NCBI GenBank assembly: GCA_031400935.1
Contig: JANNQV010000032.1
Span: 62,001 to 126,000 of the forward strand
Length of the DNA: 64,000 nucleotides
Direction of reading: 5' to 3'
DNA from: Armatimonadota bacterium
GTDB lineage: Bacteria; Armatimonadota; Fimbriimonadia; Fimbriimonadales; Fimbriimonadaceae
Numbering within the stretch: position 1 is the first letter of the stretch; every line of letters begins with the position of its first letter. A program made the translations under genes and the position numbers. Of this stretch, positions 46,968-57,374 are shown one piece after another. The notes beneath the pieces are model-generated. The model saw only the letters and a program-made list of their open reading frames with translations. It did no database searches and was not told the origin of the DNA.

Positions 46968-47264
46968 ATGTCCGATCAGGAATCCCACGCCCAACCCGAA
47001 TCCATTGATGTTTTTGCAGCATTGGCGATCATGGCAGAACAGCTTGCCGGAATGGCTTGGCAGCGAATGGGATTGCAGCACGACATGATAACTGGCAAGA
47101 TCGAACGCGATCTTCCTCAAGCAAAGGCAGCGATAGATGCTTCAGCGGCGCTCGCCGCCATTCTCGAGCCTCAGCTTGATGAAGGCGATCAAAGAATGAT
47201 GCAAAACCTGATCCGCGATCTTCGAATGAACTACGTCCAGCAGAGCCAAGGAGAATCCTCATGA
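46968..47264 (+). CDS. DUF1844-family protein
   Basis: AWQRMGL..ITGKIERDLPQAKAAID...LRMNYV. Confidence 0.75.
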   Translation: MSDQESHAQPESIDVFAALAIMAEQLAGMAWQRMGLQHDMITGKIERDLPQAKAAIDASAALAAILEPQLDEGDQRMMQNLIRDLRMNYVQQSQGESS

Positions 47265-47800
47265 CAAGCCAAAACGCAGTCCAAAAAGTCACTCGCAGCG
47301 CCACAGGCGCATGGAGATTTGTTGAGCGAATTCCGACTCGGCTACGACTTGCAATGAAGGATTTCCACCAAACTCAAGAAGCGGCAAAATCGAAGGGATT
47401 GCCAACTGTTGCGGAACGGCAAGACGAGCTGGTGCACTTTTACACTCGTTACGAAACGCTAGTGGAACTCCTTTGCAGTGCGTCTAATTACGGTCCAGAT
47501 AGCAAACTTGAAGAGAAATACTCGGGAGTTAGAGTTTGGATGCAAGCGAATTATCCTGCATTGCGAATGTTCGTTGTCGCATATCTCAAGTACGATTCTG
47601 CCGACGCAAGAAATGCAATAGATTGGCATGGCATTGCTGGAGATGCGTTTGAAGCGCTCTTTGCAGCTCCAAGCCTTGAAGATTTCTTGAGAATTGACGA
47701 TGGTGAAATGATTTGGCGTATCGAACGCACCCGAAACGCGATAAACTTGTATGGTGAGCACCTTCGGCAGCTTGCGGCACAAGAAAAAGAATGCGAATAG
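47261..47800 (+). CDS. Hypothetical protein
   Basis: 179-aa ORF overlapping both neighbours; RBS AGGAG. Confidence 0.7.
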   Translation: MTSQNAVQKVTRSATGAWRFVERIPTRLRLAMKDFHQTQEAAKSKGLPTVAERQDELVHFYTRYETLVELLCSASNYGPDSKLEEKYSGVRVWMQANYPALRMFVVAYLKYDSADARNAIDWHGIAGDAFEALFAAPSLEDFLRIDDGEMIWRIERTRNAINLYGEHLRQLAAQEKECE

Positions 47801-48729
47801 GATTTGACAAGGCGAACTTTGACCAGTTAGCCGAGTTGTGGAATGCCTTCTATCCCGAGAAATATCGGATTGATGCTGATATCTTGCGGCAAAATTCGGT
47901 TGATTCTCATCTTTTCGATTGGGGAGCTTCTATCATCGAAGTCGAAGACAACCAAGTGGTAGCGTTTGCAATCGTGAAGAAATCGGCCGCCTCGCTCTAT
48001 CGGGGCCCCGACCCAGATCAGGCCCATCTCTCTGCAATTGCGTTCAAACATCCCAATCATGCAATTGATCTTTTTAGCGAAAGCAAGAAGATTCTGCTGA
48101 ATCGTGGCGTCTATCGGGTCATTTTTGGCCAAGATAGTCGGCACTTCTTTCCGGGCTGTCCTCTTGAAGCAAACACGCTTCGAGACTTCTTGATGGTAGA
48201 GGGGTTTGAATCTGGCGTAGAGCAATTCGACTTGCAATATGATCTCGCCAACTATGTTGAGGAAGTCCCAATTCCTGAGAACGCAAGAATTCGACCTGTC
48301 CAACTTGAGGAAGCTTCAATTCTTAGAGAGTTTTTAGAGCGCGAATTTCCGGGTCGTTGGCGCTATGACACTTTGGCGAAAATTGGTTTGGAGGAAAGGT
48401 CGGATTTTGTAGACGGACTTTGGATTGATGAAAGGCTTGAGGGCTTTTCTTTCACACAAGATTCCTCACACAAATTTCCGATCGCGGGCGGTGTGTGGCG
48501 GCAATCCTTAGGTCCCGATTGGGGGACATTGGGCCCGATTGGAATTTCGAAATCTTTTAGGGGAAAAGGCTATGGCAATGCCTTATTGTCAGAATCATTG
48601 CTCGGCCTAAAGCGGCTGGGCGTTCGGAATTGCCTGATAGACTGGACCACGCTGGTGGACTTTTATGCCAAGCATGGATTTGTACCAACGCACACCTACA
48701 ATAGTTATACTTTGCAGCTTAATTCTTAA
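47791..48729 (+). CDS. GNAT family N-acetyltransferase (tandem fold)
   Basis: LGPIGISKSFRGKGYG, IDWT..DFYAKHGF. Confidence 0.85.
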   Translation: MRIGFDKANFDQLAELWNAFYPEKYRIDADILRQNSVDSHLFDWGASIIEVEDNQVVAFAIVKKSAASLYRGPDPDQAHLSAIAFKHPNHAIDLFSESKKILLNRGVYRVIFGQDSRHFFPGCPLEANTLRDFLMVEGFESGVEQFDLQYDLANYVEEVPIPENARIRPVQLEEASILREFLEREFPGRWRYDTLAKIGLEERSDFVDGLWIDERLEGFSFTQDSSHKFPIAGGVWRQSLGPDWGTLGPIGISKSFRGKGYGNALLSESLLGLKRLGVRNCLIDWTTLVDFYAKHGFVPTHTYNSYTLQLNS

Positions 48730-48730
48730 C

Positions 48731-49540
48731 TCATCTGAATCGCCAAATCACTTTGCCAAAGACGTTTAGCTCGTTTGATGAAAAGCTCCTTACATGACCG
48801 TCAGCAAAAATAATGGGTGAGCGGCCAGCACCTTTTTTGTCAGAAAAATAGCGGCAGTGGATAGGCTTCAAAGCCCCCGGAGCAAGGCTTGGTGAGGTTG
48901 GATAGCGACTGTCGCCAGTTTCGGAAACTAAGTCGCGATCGGAGATCATCGGCAACCCTTTGATGTATTCGCCGCCGGGATCATTTAGCCCGTTGTAAGG
49001 ATTAAAAACATATCCCCGATGCTTTGTCGTTGTGATACCTACAGCACTGTTCGGAGTTGTCGCAAACAGCGCAACTCTGGCAGTCTCTTCGGCTTGTCCA
49101 AAATTTGCGGTGCTTGTAAAGCCTTCAGTTCCAGCAGGTGCTGCACCGAGTTGCGCCGTACTAAGCGGATCGTAACCCGTTGCGTCGCTATACCCAATGG
49201 ACTGATGGCGCCTTTCGTTCCAATTTGCGGAATATCCACCTGTGGAGCCTGCGGCAATGAAAATATCTCGATTTCTTACGTAAGGTTCGATACCCTGAGT
49301 CCAAATGTACGGTGTATCTGTTACGATTGTAGTTCGCATGGTCGCAGCTACAAAGTAGTCATCGTTATCCCCGGCATACATCATCACAGAAGCTGCCATT
49401 TGACGCATTTGGGCAAGCGATTTGGTGGCTTTTGCTGATTCTTTTGCTCTAGAAAAAACGGGGAACAGAATTGCGGCGAGAATCGCAATGATAGCGATCA
49501 CAACCAGTAGTTCGATCAGAGTAAATGCGCGAGCTTTCAT
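48731..49540 (-). CDS. Prepilin-type N-terminal cleavage/methylation protein with H-X9-DG-like C-terminus
   Basis: AFTLIELLVVIAIIAILAAILFPVFSRAKE; C-terminal IIFADGHV. Confidence 0.9.
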   Translation of the reverse strand: MKARAFTLIELLVVIAIIAILAAILFPVFSRAKESAKATKSLAQMRQMAASVMMYAGDNDDYFVAATMRTTIVTDTPYIWTQGIEPYVRNRDIFIAAGSTGGYSANWNERRHQSIGYSDATGYDPLSTAQLGAAPAGTEGFTSTANFGQAEETARVALFATTPNSAVGITTTKHRGYVFNPYNGLNDPGGEYIKGLPMISDRDLVSETGDSRYPTSPSLAPGALKPIHCRYFSDKKGAGRSPIIFADGHVRSFSSNELNVFGKVIWRFR

Positions 49541-49616
49541 GATTTGGTACCTAGAATATGACAATCAGTACGACAATTTGGTTCGTTGAATAGCCCAAAT
49601 AGCTATTTTGCGATGA

Positions 49617-50006
49617 TTAATACCCGAATAATGCGGGCTGATCCGGACGCCGCACATCAACAATCACGAGTTGAGATTCGGAGTATTGAAACAGAATTCG
49701 CACATCGTGCGGAACGTTTCCGCACTTTGCCAACTGGGTTTCGCCAAAACCTGCAAAGTTCTTCATTTGCTTTGTTCTAACTGCCTCTAAAAGACTTGAA
49801 ACTGTCTGCTGAACTGCAGTTTCCGTATCGCTAAACAAGGATTGCAACTCCTCAATTCTCTCTTTTGCCGCAGCCGTTACAGATACAGCAACCCAATAAG
49901 GAGTGGCCGCCATCGGCCTTGGCCTCTCGATAACAATGGGACTCTTCCCTAACTCGACCTGGAGCAAAACAGGTTGCTCGGTCACTTTTCGTGTAAACAT
50001 TGCCAT
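49617..50006 (-). CDS. Hypothetical protein, possible RelE/ParE-like fold
   Basis: VSVTAAAKERIEEL ... VRILFQYSESQLVIVDVR pattern. Confidence 0.5.
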   Translation of the reverse strand: MAMFTRKVTEQPVLLQVELGKSPIVIERPRPMAATPYWVAVSVTAAAKERIEELQSLFSDTETAVQQTVSSLLEAVRTKQMKNFAGFGETQLAKCGNVPHDVRILFQYSESQLVIVDVRRPDQPALFGY

Positions 50007-50012
50007 TTGTTA

Positions 50013-50738
50013 CTACAATTGTACTTCGACATTCATCATTCGCTTTACCGTTGGCAATATCGCCTTGGCCCAAATCTCGTATCCGCCTTGGTTTAAGTGC
50101 AGATAGTCAGGCATCAGCCTATCTCTCAGCGTTCCGTCAATTCGAACAAAGTGTTTGCCAATATCGAGGAATTCGATTGACTTTCCATCCGCAAGCAATT
50201 GATATTTTGAATTTGCTTCGGCGACTTGAATTCTTAGTGAATCTGTTGATTCTTTGCCACGTGGAAAGATTCCGAGCAATAGAATCTTTGCGTTTGGGAC
50301 TTTGGTTCGCAAAATCTGAATGATGCTTTTCATTCCATCGGCGGTTTGAGTTGGATTTGAACTGCCATGCCCCATGTTGTTGGTTCCAAGCATGATAACG
50401 ATCAGCTTTGGTTCTAAACCAACAATTTCGCCATTGCCAAGTCGCCAAAGCACATGCTCCGTTCGATCGCCAGAAAATCCGAAGTTCCCCGGCTTCAATG
50501 GTGCGAAATCCTGATCCCACGAAGGTTTGCCGCCTCCTTCCCAACCTTGTGTGATTGAGTCACCCAGAAAAACGAGATCAATCCCACCAGCCTTGGTTAA
50601 CTCGACGCAATGATTGTGCCTTTGTTTCCACCAATCTTCGTTGAGTCTTTCAACAGGAGTTGTCGCAACAGGCTGTTGGGATGACATATTGACACCAACC
50701 ATTAGAATCAGGGAAAATTTTAGAATACTTCCGACCAT
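50013..50738 (-). CDS. SGNH/GDSL hydrolase (PAF-acetylhydrolase-like)
   Basis: FLGDSITQGW, GFSGD, LGTNN, PDYLHL. Confidence 0.92.
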   Translation of the reverse strand: MVGSILKFSLILMVGVNMSSQQPVATTPVERLNEDWWKQRHNHCVELTKAGGIDLVFLGDSITQGWEGGGKPSWDQDFAPLKPGNFGFSGDRTEHVLWRLGNGEIVGLEPKLIVIMLGTNNMGHGSSNPTQTADGMKSIIQILRTKVPNAKILLLGIFPRGKESTDSLRIQVAEANSKYQLLADGKSIEFLDIGKHFVRIDGTLRDRLMPDYLHLNQGGYEIWAKAILPTVKRMMNVEVQL

Positions 50739-50905
50739 TTCGGCTTATATTATAGAGCCTAAATTTGTGAATCCCCTTCAGCTAGCCGAAAAAATGAGGA
50801 AATCGCGGAAGTTTGTTTTCATTTTGTGACATGAGGAAGGTTCGTCGCGTCTATAATGAGTAACGAAGGGCAGATTAGTTCTAGCCCGTTTGGAGGAATC
50901 GAAGC

Positions 50906-52393
50906 ATGAAGCGACTTGTCGCCGCAATAGTTTTTGGATCGTGTGCCGTGTTTGCCCTTGCGCAGGCCCCGTTTACGATTGTTCGCCCCCTTGATGGTTC
51001 GAAAGTTCGTGAGAAAGTTCGAATTCAAGTTCCGAAGGCGTCCATCGCTCTCAACGCCGAAGGGCGTCAGACCCAATATGTAGGCATTTTGCTAGATGGC
51101 AAGTTCTTGGAGGCAAGAGTTCTCGATCTAAATGGCAAGTTTTTTGAGTACATCTTAGATACCAAAGAGCGACGTGTTGCTGACGGTAGCCACAAAATTG
51201 AAGTCGTGCTTTATGCAGACACAGCGGATAGAGTTCGAATAATGGATCGCTCTTCAGTCGAAGTGATTGTAGCGAACTCAACTTCGATTCCTGTGCCAGA
51301 CAATGGGTTTAAGCTTCGATACAAATTCGTATCTGGAAGGGAGTATCCGTACCGAATTGAACAAAAGGTAAAAGTCTCTACAATTACAGAAGCTCAAGCA
51401 AAGCTTGGTGGACGCGCTTCGACCCTAAACGTTGAAGGAGAGACAATTCGGATGCTCTATGCCGTTGACAATGTTTATGGAAATGGCGATGGCCTGATGA
51501 GAATGCAAGCACTTCCTGAAAAGGGTAAAGATTACGCTTGGCTCACAGTTGTTGGTCAAGAGGCTGCCAATAAATACTACACAACACAAATGCACCCGGT
51601 CTACATGAGACTTACGAACACCGGATGGGAAAATTTTGGTTCGGTTCCAATCTACATTCCCATAGCGGGATCAGGTGACCAACCGCCAGCGACCGATCTG
51701 TTTGCATCGTTCCCGTTGCCAACTTTGCCTACCAAAAATGTTCGACCAGGTAGTACTTGGGAAGGAAGATTTCTATACGGAATTCTAAACCTCGAAAAAT
51801 TCATCGAAACTAAATCTGTAACACGCAACTCACCCGCTCGGGGCGAACTGCTTGGCATGGAATGGGAAATGGGGCATCCATGTGCGAAGATTAGGTATTC
51901 GATTGCAGCTGGTTCTGGTGTTTTACCAGGAACACAGAAAGTTCGAGATGGTCTTGGACGAGATCGAGTTCAATTGGAGCAAACATTCTGGTTTGCTCTC
52001 GATATAGGCGCAACGATCAAGATTGTTGATGACTTCCAGATTGATACGCGAATGGCAGATTCCGCGCCTGCAGGTGCCGGCGGAGCTGGTGGACCTGCAG
52101 CAGCTGGTGGAGGCGGAGGGACTAAACCCGGAGCTGGAGGCGCAGGAATTGGACAAATTCGTCCTGATAACGGTCCGACGAATTCGCTCCAAGGTCGAAG
52201 AGGTCCTGGTGGCCCCGGTGGTGGCACAGGCGGAGCTGGCGGAGCAGGAGCACCAACAGGACCAGGAGGAGCCGGTGGACAGGGAGCGCTTGCTGGGGCT
52301 GGCGGCCAGACTGGAGGCCGAACTGGCGCTCCTGCAGTTGGTTCCATTCGCTATTTGCGATATCGAATCCAACGCATCCAAACTCTGGAATAA
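50906..52393 (+). CDS. Hypothetical secreted protein, Ig-like N-terminus, Gly/Ala/Pro-rich insert
   Basis: Signal peptide MKRLVAAIV..., RBS GGAGG, DTKE..DGSHKI Ig-like motif. Confidence 0.8.
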   Translation: MKRLVAAIVFGSCAVFALAQAPFTIVRPLDGSKVREKVRIQVPKASIALNAEGRQTQYVGILLDGKFLEARVLDLNGKFFEYILDTKERRVADGSHKIEVVLYADTADRVRIMDRSSVEVIVANSTSIPVPDNGFKLRYKFVSGREYPYRIEQKVKVSTITEAQAKLGGRASTLNVEGETIRMLYAVDNVYGNGDGLMRMQALPEKGKDYAWLTVVGQEAANKYYTTQMHPVYMRLTNTGWENFGSVPIYIPIAGSGDQPPATDLFASFPLPTLPTKNVRPGSTWEGRFLYGILNLEKFIETKSVTRNSPARGELLGMEWEMGHPCAKIRYSIAAGSGVLPGTQKVRDGLGRDRVQLEQTFWFALDIGATIKIVDDFQIDTRMADSAPAGAGGAGGPAAAGGGGGTKPGAGGAGIGQIRPDNGPTNSLQGRRGPGGPGGGTGGAGGAGAPTGPGGAGGQGALAGAGGQTGGRTGAPAVGSIRYLRYRIQRIQTLE

Positions 52394-52403
52394 TTAAGGG
52401 CGC

Positions 52404-53246
52404 ATGCCCGTTTCCACAAAAACAAAGAAAGCAACGATACGAAACTCTTCCGAAGACCCGGAAGAGTTTCGTATGTCGCTGGCTGGGCACATTGACGAGC
52501 TTCGGTCTCGCATTATCCGGATCGTACTCGTCATTGCGGGCTGTTGGGTTATCGGCTGGATTCTTGAACCTGCCGTTTACAAAGGCATCAATTCAATCGT
52601 TGAAAAAGCCGTGGCAAACTACCATGTAACTCATCCAAATTTTGATTACAAAGAAATGCTTCCGAAACTGACGGACGCTTTCATGATCAAATTCAAGCTT
52701 TCGTTTATGATCGGCCTGGGAATCGCACTTCCTATAATCGTTCTGGAAATATGGGGATTCATTCGACCCGGCCTAAAGCCAACAGAACTCAAACCGATCA
52801 CCCGACTCGCCCCATTGAGCGTACTGCTCTTCTTTTTGGGGGCATTTTGCTGCTGGATGATACTACCAATAACCTTTCAGTGGTTCCTCGTATTTTTTGA
52901 AGACTTTGACGGCGCTTCACTTTTCCAAGAGGCGGGAAGCATGACCTACTTCACGTTAAAGATGCTTTTGGCGTTCGGGCTTGGATTCCAACTTCCGCTA
53001 GTTGTCTTCATTGCAGGGAAGATCGGATTGGTAAGTTCGGAGACTCTAACACATTACTGGCGACATGCGGCAGTTTTCGTTTTTGTCGCAAGTGCCATTT
53101 TGACCCCAAGCCAAGACATCATCACGATGTTGATGATGGCCATCCCCCTTACCATTCTGGTTCTCCTGAGCATCTGGGCAGTCAAACTGACCACTCGGGG
53201 CGCCAAAGGAAGTCGGCGTCCGGCCGAGCTCGACGACCTTGATTGA
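52404..53246 (+). CDS. tatC: Twin-arginine translocase subunit TatC
   Basis: MSLAGHIDELRSR, WGFIRPGL, FGLGFQLP, AILTPSQD. Confidence 0.95.
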   Translation: MPVSTKTKKATIRNSSEDPEEFRMSLAGHIDELRSRIIRIVLVIAGCWVIGWILEPAVYKGINSIVEKAVANYHVTHPNFDYKEMLPKLTDAFMIKFKLSFMIGLGIALPIIVLEIWGFIRPGLKPTELKPITRLAPLSVLLFFLGAFCCWMILPITFQWFLVFFEDFDGASLFQEAGSMTYFTLKMLLAFGLGFQLPLVVFIAGKIGLVSSETLTHYWRHAAVFVFVASAILTPSQDIITMLMMAIPLTILVLLSIWAVKLTTRGAKGSRRPAELDDLD

Positions 53247-55497
53247 CCACACTGATAATCTCCTCTCTATTGCGACAGGTGTCCTTTCGGATTACGAGGG
53301 ATTGGAGATTTCAACCATTTCTCGGCCCAAACGTAAAGCTCGGTTGGGTGATCTGCCCCCATATTTGCATCCCCAACTTGTTGATCTAATTTCCGAAAAG
53401 GGCCTGGAGTCGCTCTATTCTCATCAAACCGAAGCCATCGAAGCAGCGCTAAGAGGGCGTGATACGTGCATCACAACAGGAACGAATAGCGGCAAATCGC
53501 TCTGCTACATCCTTCCCACAATGCAATGGTGCATTGAAGAGCCAATTGCGCGAGCACTGTATTTGTTTCCTACAAAGGCGCTTGCACAGGATCAACTCGG
53601 CAAAATCACGAGTTGGCTACCTAACCGAAGTATTCGGGTTGGAGTTTATGATGGTGACACGCCTCAGAAAGAGAGATTGGCAATCAGGAAACTTGCCAAT
53701 ATTGTCGTCACGAACCCAGATATGCTCCATGTTGGAATTCTGCCGAATTATGAAAATTGGATTCCGCTCTTCAAGTCGCTCAGATGCATCGTTTTGGATG
53801 AAATTCATACCTACCGAGGCGTATTTGGTTCGCATGTAGCATGGGTGATCCGCAGACTCTTACGGCATTGCGAAGCCTTTGGAAGCATGCCCCAAATCAT
53901 TGCGTGCAGTGCGACGGTTCAAAATCCCTCCGAATTCTTTACGACTCTAGCGGGACGCGATGCAACATTCATTGACGAAGATGGTTCGCCGCATGGGCGT
54001 CGGCATTTCATTTTTGCAAACCCGACGCCCGACGAAGATGGCAAAGAGCCAAGCAGAAACTACTTGACCGGGAAAATTCTTGCGGATTGGGTAAATCATG
54101 GAATTCGGAGCCTAGCGTTTTGCCGATCAAGGGTCGGAGTCGAATTAGTTGGCAAATATGCTCGTGATATTGTCTCAGACTTTGGAAATTCGGCGTTGAC
54201 ACCGATCGAAAGTTATCGGGCTGGCTATACACCAGCTGAACGCAGAGAGATCGAAGCAAGATTTGCAAGCGGAAATCTACTTGGACTGGCAGCAACTTCC
54301 GCAATGGAACTTGGAATTGACATTGGTGGACTAGACAGCGTGATAATGAACGGCTACCCGGGTTCCATATCCAGTTTTTGGCAACAGGCAGGTCGAGCAG
54401 GAAGGGGATCGCGTGACGGAGTCATTGTATTCATCGCCGACGATGATCCACTTGACCAATTCCTGGCAAGCTCTCCAAATTTGCTCCTGGCGAGTGAGTC
54501 CGAGCCCGTAACCATTAACCCGTTAAACCGAGCGATCGCTTCGGACCAGATTCGCTGCATGGCGCATGAGCGGCCGATAGCTGCCTCAGAACTACTGGCA
54601 ATCGGAGAGGAAGCACTCGAAACGGCAGAAGCTCTGGACGCCGCAGGAATACTCGAGCAAAGAGCAGGCAGGTTTTACTATCCATCCTATGAAGCTCCGG
54701 CTTCTGGCATCAATATTCGTTCATCAGGCGGACCGATTGTCTCGCTGACGGTTGATGGAACTGAACTTGGTTTCATGGAAGAGTGGCGAGCTCACCAGTA
54801 TGCGCACGAAGGCGCCGTCTATCTTCACCGCGGGGCTGCTTACCGTTCCAATGAACTTCAACTTGATAGCAAGGTTGCCATTTTCGAGTCAATTGCCGCA
54901 AAAACATACACTCAATCTATCGTATCCAATCTCGTTCAACCACTCCAATCTATTCGCAAAAGCACAATGGGCTCAGCTCATATCGAGCTTCAGAGCCAGA
55001 GAGTTACTTCTCAGGTGATCGGCTATCGCGAGAAATCACTCGACACCCATCAAACAATTGGCACTTATGATCTTGATTTGCCAGTGATTTCATTTGAAAC
55101 TATTGGCATTCGATTCGATATGCCTGAACTAGAATGGGGCGAAGATCGAATGAAGTTTATCGCCGCCGTTCACGGACTTGAACACGCTGTTATCGCAGTT
55201 GCTCCGTGGTTTGCAGGTTGCGATAGAAGCGATATCGGCTCGGTTTGGTTTGCTGAAGCTCCAGAATCAGATCTCCCAGCCGTCTTCATTTTTGACCGCA
55301 ACCCTGGCGGAGTTGGTCTTGCAGAGCGGGTTTTCACTCGGATTGAGGACGTTATTGCCGCTGCCAGAAAGTTGCTGGTTACGTGTGCGTGCGAAAAAGG
55401 GTGCCCTCGATGTTTGCTTTCGTCTCGTTGCGAAGCTTCAAACCAGCTTCTCGACAAAGCTGCGACGGTCCAATTGTTGAGTCAGGGATTTGGATAG
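53239..55497 (+). CDS. DEAD/DEAH helicase with DUF1998 (MrfA/YprA/SftH-like)
   Basis: LYSHQ, TNSGKS, PTKALAQDQ, DEIH, QAGRAGR, HGLEH, C-terminal CACEKGCPRC. Confidence 0.92.
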   Translation: MIDHTDNLLSIATGVLSDYEGLEISTISRPKRKARLGDLPPYLHPQLVDLISEKGLESLYSHQTEAIEAALRGRDTCITTGTNSGKSLCYILPTMQWCIEEPIARALYLFPTKALAQDQLGKITSWLPNRSIRVGVYDGDTPQKERLAIRKLANIVVTNPDMLHVGILPNYENWIPLFKSLRCIVLDEIHTYRGVFGSHVAWVIRRLLRHCEAFGSMPQIIACSATVQNPSEFFTTLAGRDATFIDEDGSPHGRRHFIFANPTPDEDGKEPSRNYLTGKILADWVNHGIRSLAFCRSRVGVELVGKYARDIVSDFGNSALTPIESYRAGYTPAERREIEARFASGNLLGLAATSAMELGIDIGGLDSVIMNGYPGSISSFWQQAGRAGRGSRDGVIVFIADDDPLDQFLASSPNLLLASESEPVTINPLNRAIASDQIRCMAHERPIAASELLAIGEEALETAEALDAAGILEQRAGRFYYPSYEAPASGINIRSSGGPIVSLTVDGTELGFMEEWRAHQYAHEGAVYLHRGAAYRSNELQLDSKVAIFESIAAKTYTQSIVSNLVQPLQSIRKSTMGSAHIELQSQRVTSQVIGYREKSLDTHQTIGTYDLDLPVISFETIGIRFDMPELEWGEDRMKFIAAVHGLEHAVIAVAPWFAGCDRSDIGSVWFAEAPESDLPAVFIFDRNPGGVGLAERVFTRIEDVIAAARKLLVTCACEKGCPRCLLSSRCEASNQLLDKAATVQLLSQGFG

Positions 55498-55605
55498 TGC
55501 GGCTCGATCATGACTTGGCGTGAATCTTGCTGGCAGGTAAGCTTGAAGTTCAATTTTTGAGACTACGCTATTGACATAACTCTCAACACAAAAAACCCAT
55601 AGATC

Positions 55606-56625
55606 ATGATTATTTTGATGCAAGCAGGAGCCGCACAGGCCGAAATTGATGCCGTTTGTCAAGTGATTCGGGAACTTGGGCTTGAGCCTCTAGTTTTGCC
55701 CGGCGATCAAGTTGCGATTGGAATTCCAAGCGCCATTCCTCAAGACAAACGTGACCAACTAGAAGGTGCTGTCGCCACCCTGAGCGGTGTAAGCAAAGTT
55801 ACTCATGTTAGCCGTCCGTTTAAGTTGGCCTCGCTCGAATGGAAACGCGATCTGACAACTGTCCAAGCGAAAAACGTAGCTATTGGCCCTGGCACATTTA
55901 CACTTATGGCGGGCCCATGTTCCATAGAGTCCTATGAGCAGTTTTCAACATCGGCAGCAGTTGTTAAGGAATCTGGAGCAACAGTGCTTCGTGGAGGCGC
56001 ATTCAAGCCCCGAACTTCCCCATATTCGTTTCAAGGTTTAGCTCTTGAAGGCCTCAAAATCATGAAGGCCGTAGGCGATGAATTTGGCCTAGTTACAATT
56101 TCCGAGGTCATGAGCGGCGAAACGGTAGGAATGGTTGCTGAGCACGTTGACATTCTGCAGATTGGCGCACGCTCCATGCAAAACTTCCCTCTCCTGATCG
56201 AAGCTGGGAAAAGTATGAAGCCAGTTTTCTTGAAGCGTGGTCCATCAGCCACTATTGACGAATTTCTTCTTGCAGCCGAATACATCTTGAATCAAGGTAA
56301 TGAGCAAGTTATCTTATGCGAACGTGGCGTTATCCCTCTTGACAAATCATATACTCGCAACACGCTTGACCTTTCAGCCGTGCCAGTTTTGAAGCAATAC
56401 AGCCATCTTCCAGTTGTCGTAGATCCGTCTCATGGCACGGGCGTCGCACGTTACGTTGCCCCAATGGCAATGGCAGCAATCGTTGTCGGTGCCGACGGAG
56501 TCATGATCGAGATGCACCCAAATCCAAAGTTGGCGCTCAGCGATGGCTCTCAAGCCCTGAACCCACAAGCATATTTGGACCTTGCGAGCGACTTGTTTAG
56601 GCTCAAGTCGTTATTGGGTAGCTAA
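55606..56625 (+). CDS. aroF: 3-deoxy-7-phosphoheptulonate (DAHP) synthase, class I beta
   Basis: AGPCSIES, GGAFKPRTSPYSFQG, GARSMQN, DPSHGTG. Confidence 0.95.
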   Translation: MIILMQAGAAQAEIDAVCQVIRELGLEPLVLPGDQVAIGIPSAIPQDKRDQLEGAVATLSGVSKVTHVSRPFKLASLEWKRDLTTVQAKNVAIGPGTFTLMAGPCSIESYEQFSTSAAVVKESGATVLRGGAFKPRTSPYSFQGLALEGLKIMKAVGDEFGLVTISEVMSGETVGMVAEHVDILQIGARSMQNFPLLIEAGKSMKPVFLKRGPSATIDEFLLAAEYILNQGNEQVILCERGVIPLDKSYTRNTLDLSAVPVLKQYSHLPVVVDPSHGTGVARYVAPMAMAAIVVGADGVMIEMHPNPKLALSDGSQALNPQAYLDLASDLFRLKSLLGS

Positions 56626-56714
56626 CGCTTGTTATCGGTTGTTAGTTATCAGTTATCAGACGATTGGTGCTGAACATTTTCCATTCCGAACCAACAACCA
56701 ACAACCAAAAACGC

Positions 56715-57164
56715 TCAGAGCTTAATATCCACAATGCCGCTCACACCAACTTGATCCACAATCTCAAGCCCGCTTGCATCCTTTGCGCCCTTTGTATTCT
56801 TGCTTGCAATTGGAATGAGCGCACGAAGCCGAATCTCACCGAAAATGGTCACTTCTGGCTGAGCAACGGCTACAACACGATCAACCTGTGATGCTGGGCC
56901 CATGACTTGAACAGCCCCGATTGCAGTTCCTGAGCCAAGCGAGAGAATTGGCACGACTTTGGTCTTCACTTTGCTATCTTTTCCTCGTCCCCAAAGTTTG
57001 TTAAATCCGTTATTTATGTCTTTGCCAAAAGCAGAAACAACGGCAACCATGCCGCCAGCCTTCAGAATTGACTTTAACTGTGGTGCGGCAAACGACGCCA
57101 CGATGAGGGTAACCATTGCTACCGCCAGGGTCTTGCTATTACAAATACGCTTTAATTTTTCCAT
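56715..57164 (-). CDS. Conserved hypothetical exported protein
   Basis: Signal-like N-terminus from ATG 57164; TKVVPILSLG.GTAIGAVQV.GP; GVSGIVDIKL. Confidence 0.7.
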   Translation of the reverse strand: MEKLKRICNSKTLAVAMVTLIVASFAAPQLKSILKAGGMVAVVSAFGKDINNGFNKLWGRGKDSKVKTKVVPILSLGSGTAIGAVQVMGPASQVDRVVAVAQPEVTIFGEIRLRALIPIASKNTKGAKDASGLEIVDQVGVSGIVDIKL

Positions 57165-57314
57165 CTCAAGTATGAGGACGTACAGCACGGCTGCTGGGTT
57201 CCAACTTTGGGAGGAAAGGGTTTGGGGTATGGAAACCGAAAACAGACAACTGATAACCGCTAACCGACAACTGACAACTGTCTGGCGACCCCATACCCTA
57301 AACCCCCTACCCAC

Positions 57315-57355
57315 AAAAAAAAGACCGCCCCCCGAATTTTCGGGAGGCGGTCTTT
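57315..57355 (-). terminator. Intrinsic terminator of the SLH-porin gene
   Basis: AAAGACCGCC(T/C)CCCG stem pair with T-run on the minus strand. Confidence 0.85.
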
Positions 57356-57374
57356 GATCTCAGTATCGAGCTGA

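Noticed and set aside
52060..52340. Collagen-like repeat or antisense Pro-rich ORFs
   Set aside because: No sustained Gly-X-Y periodicity; a low-complexity linker with shadow ORFs
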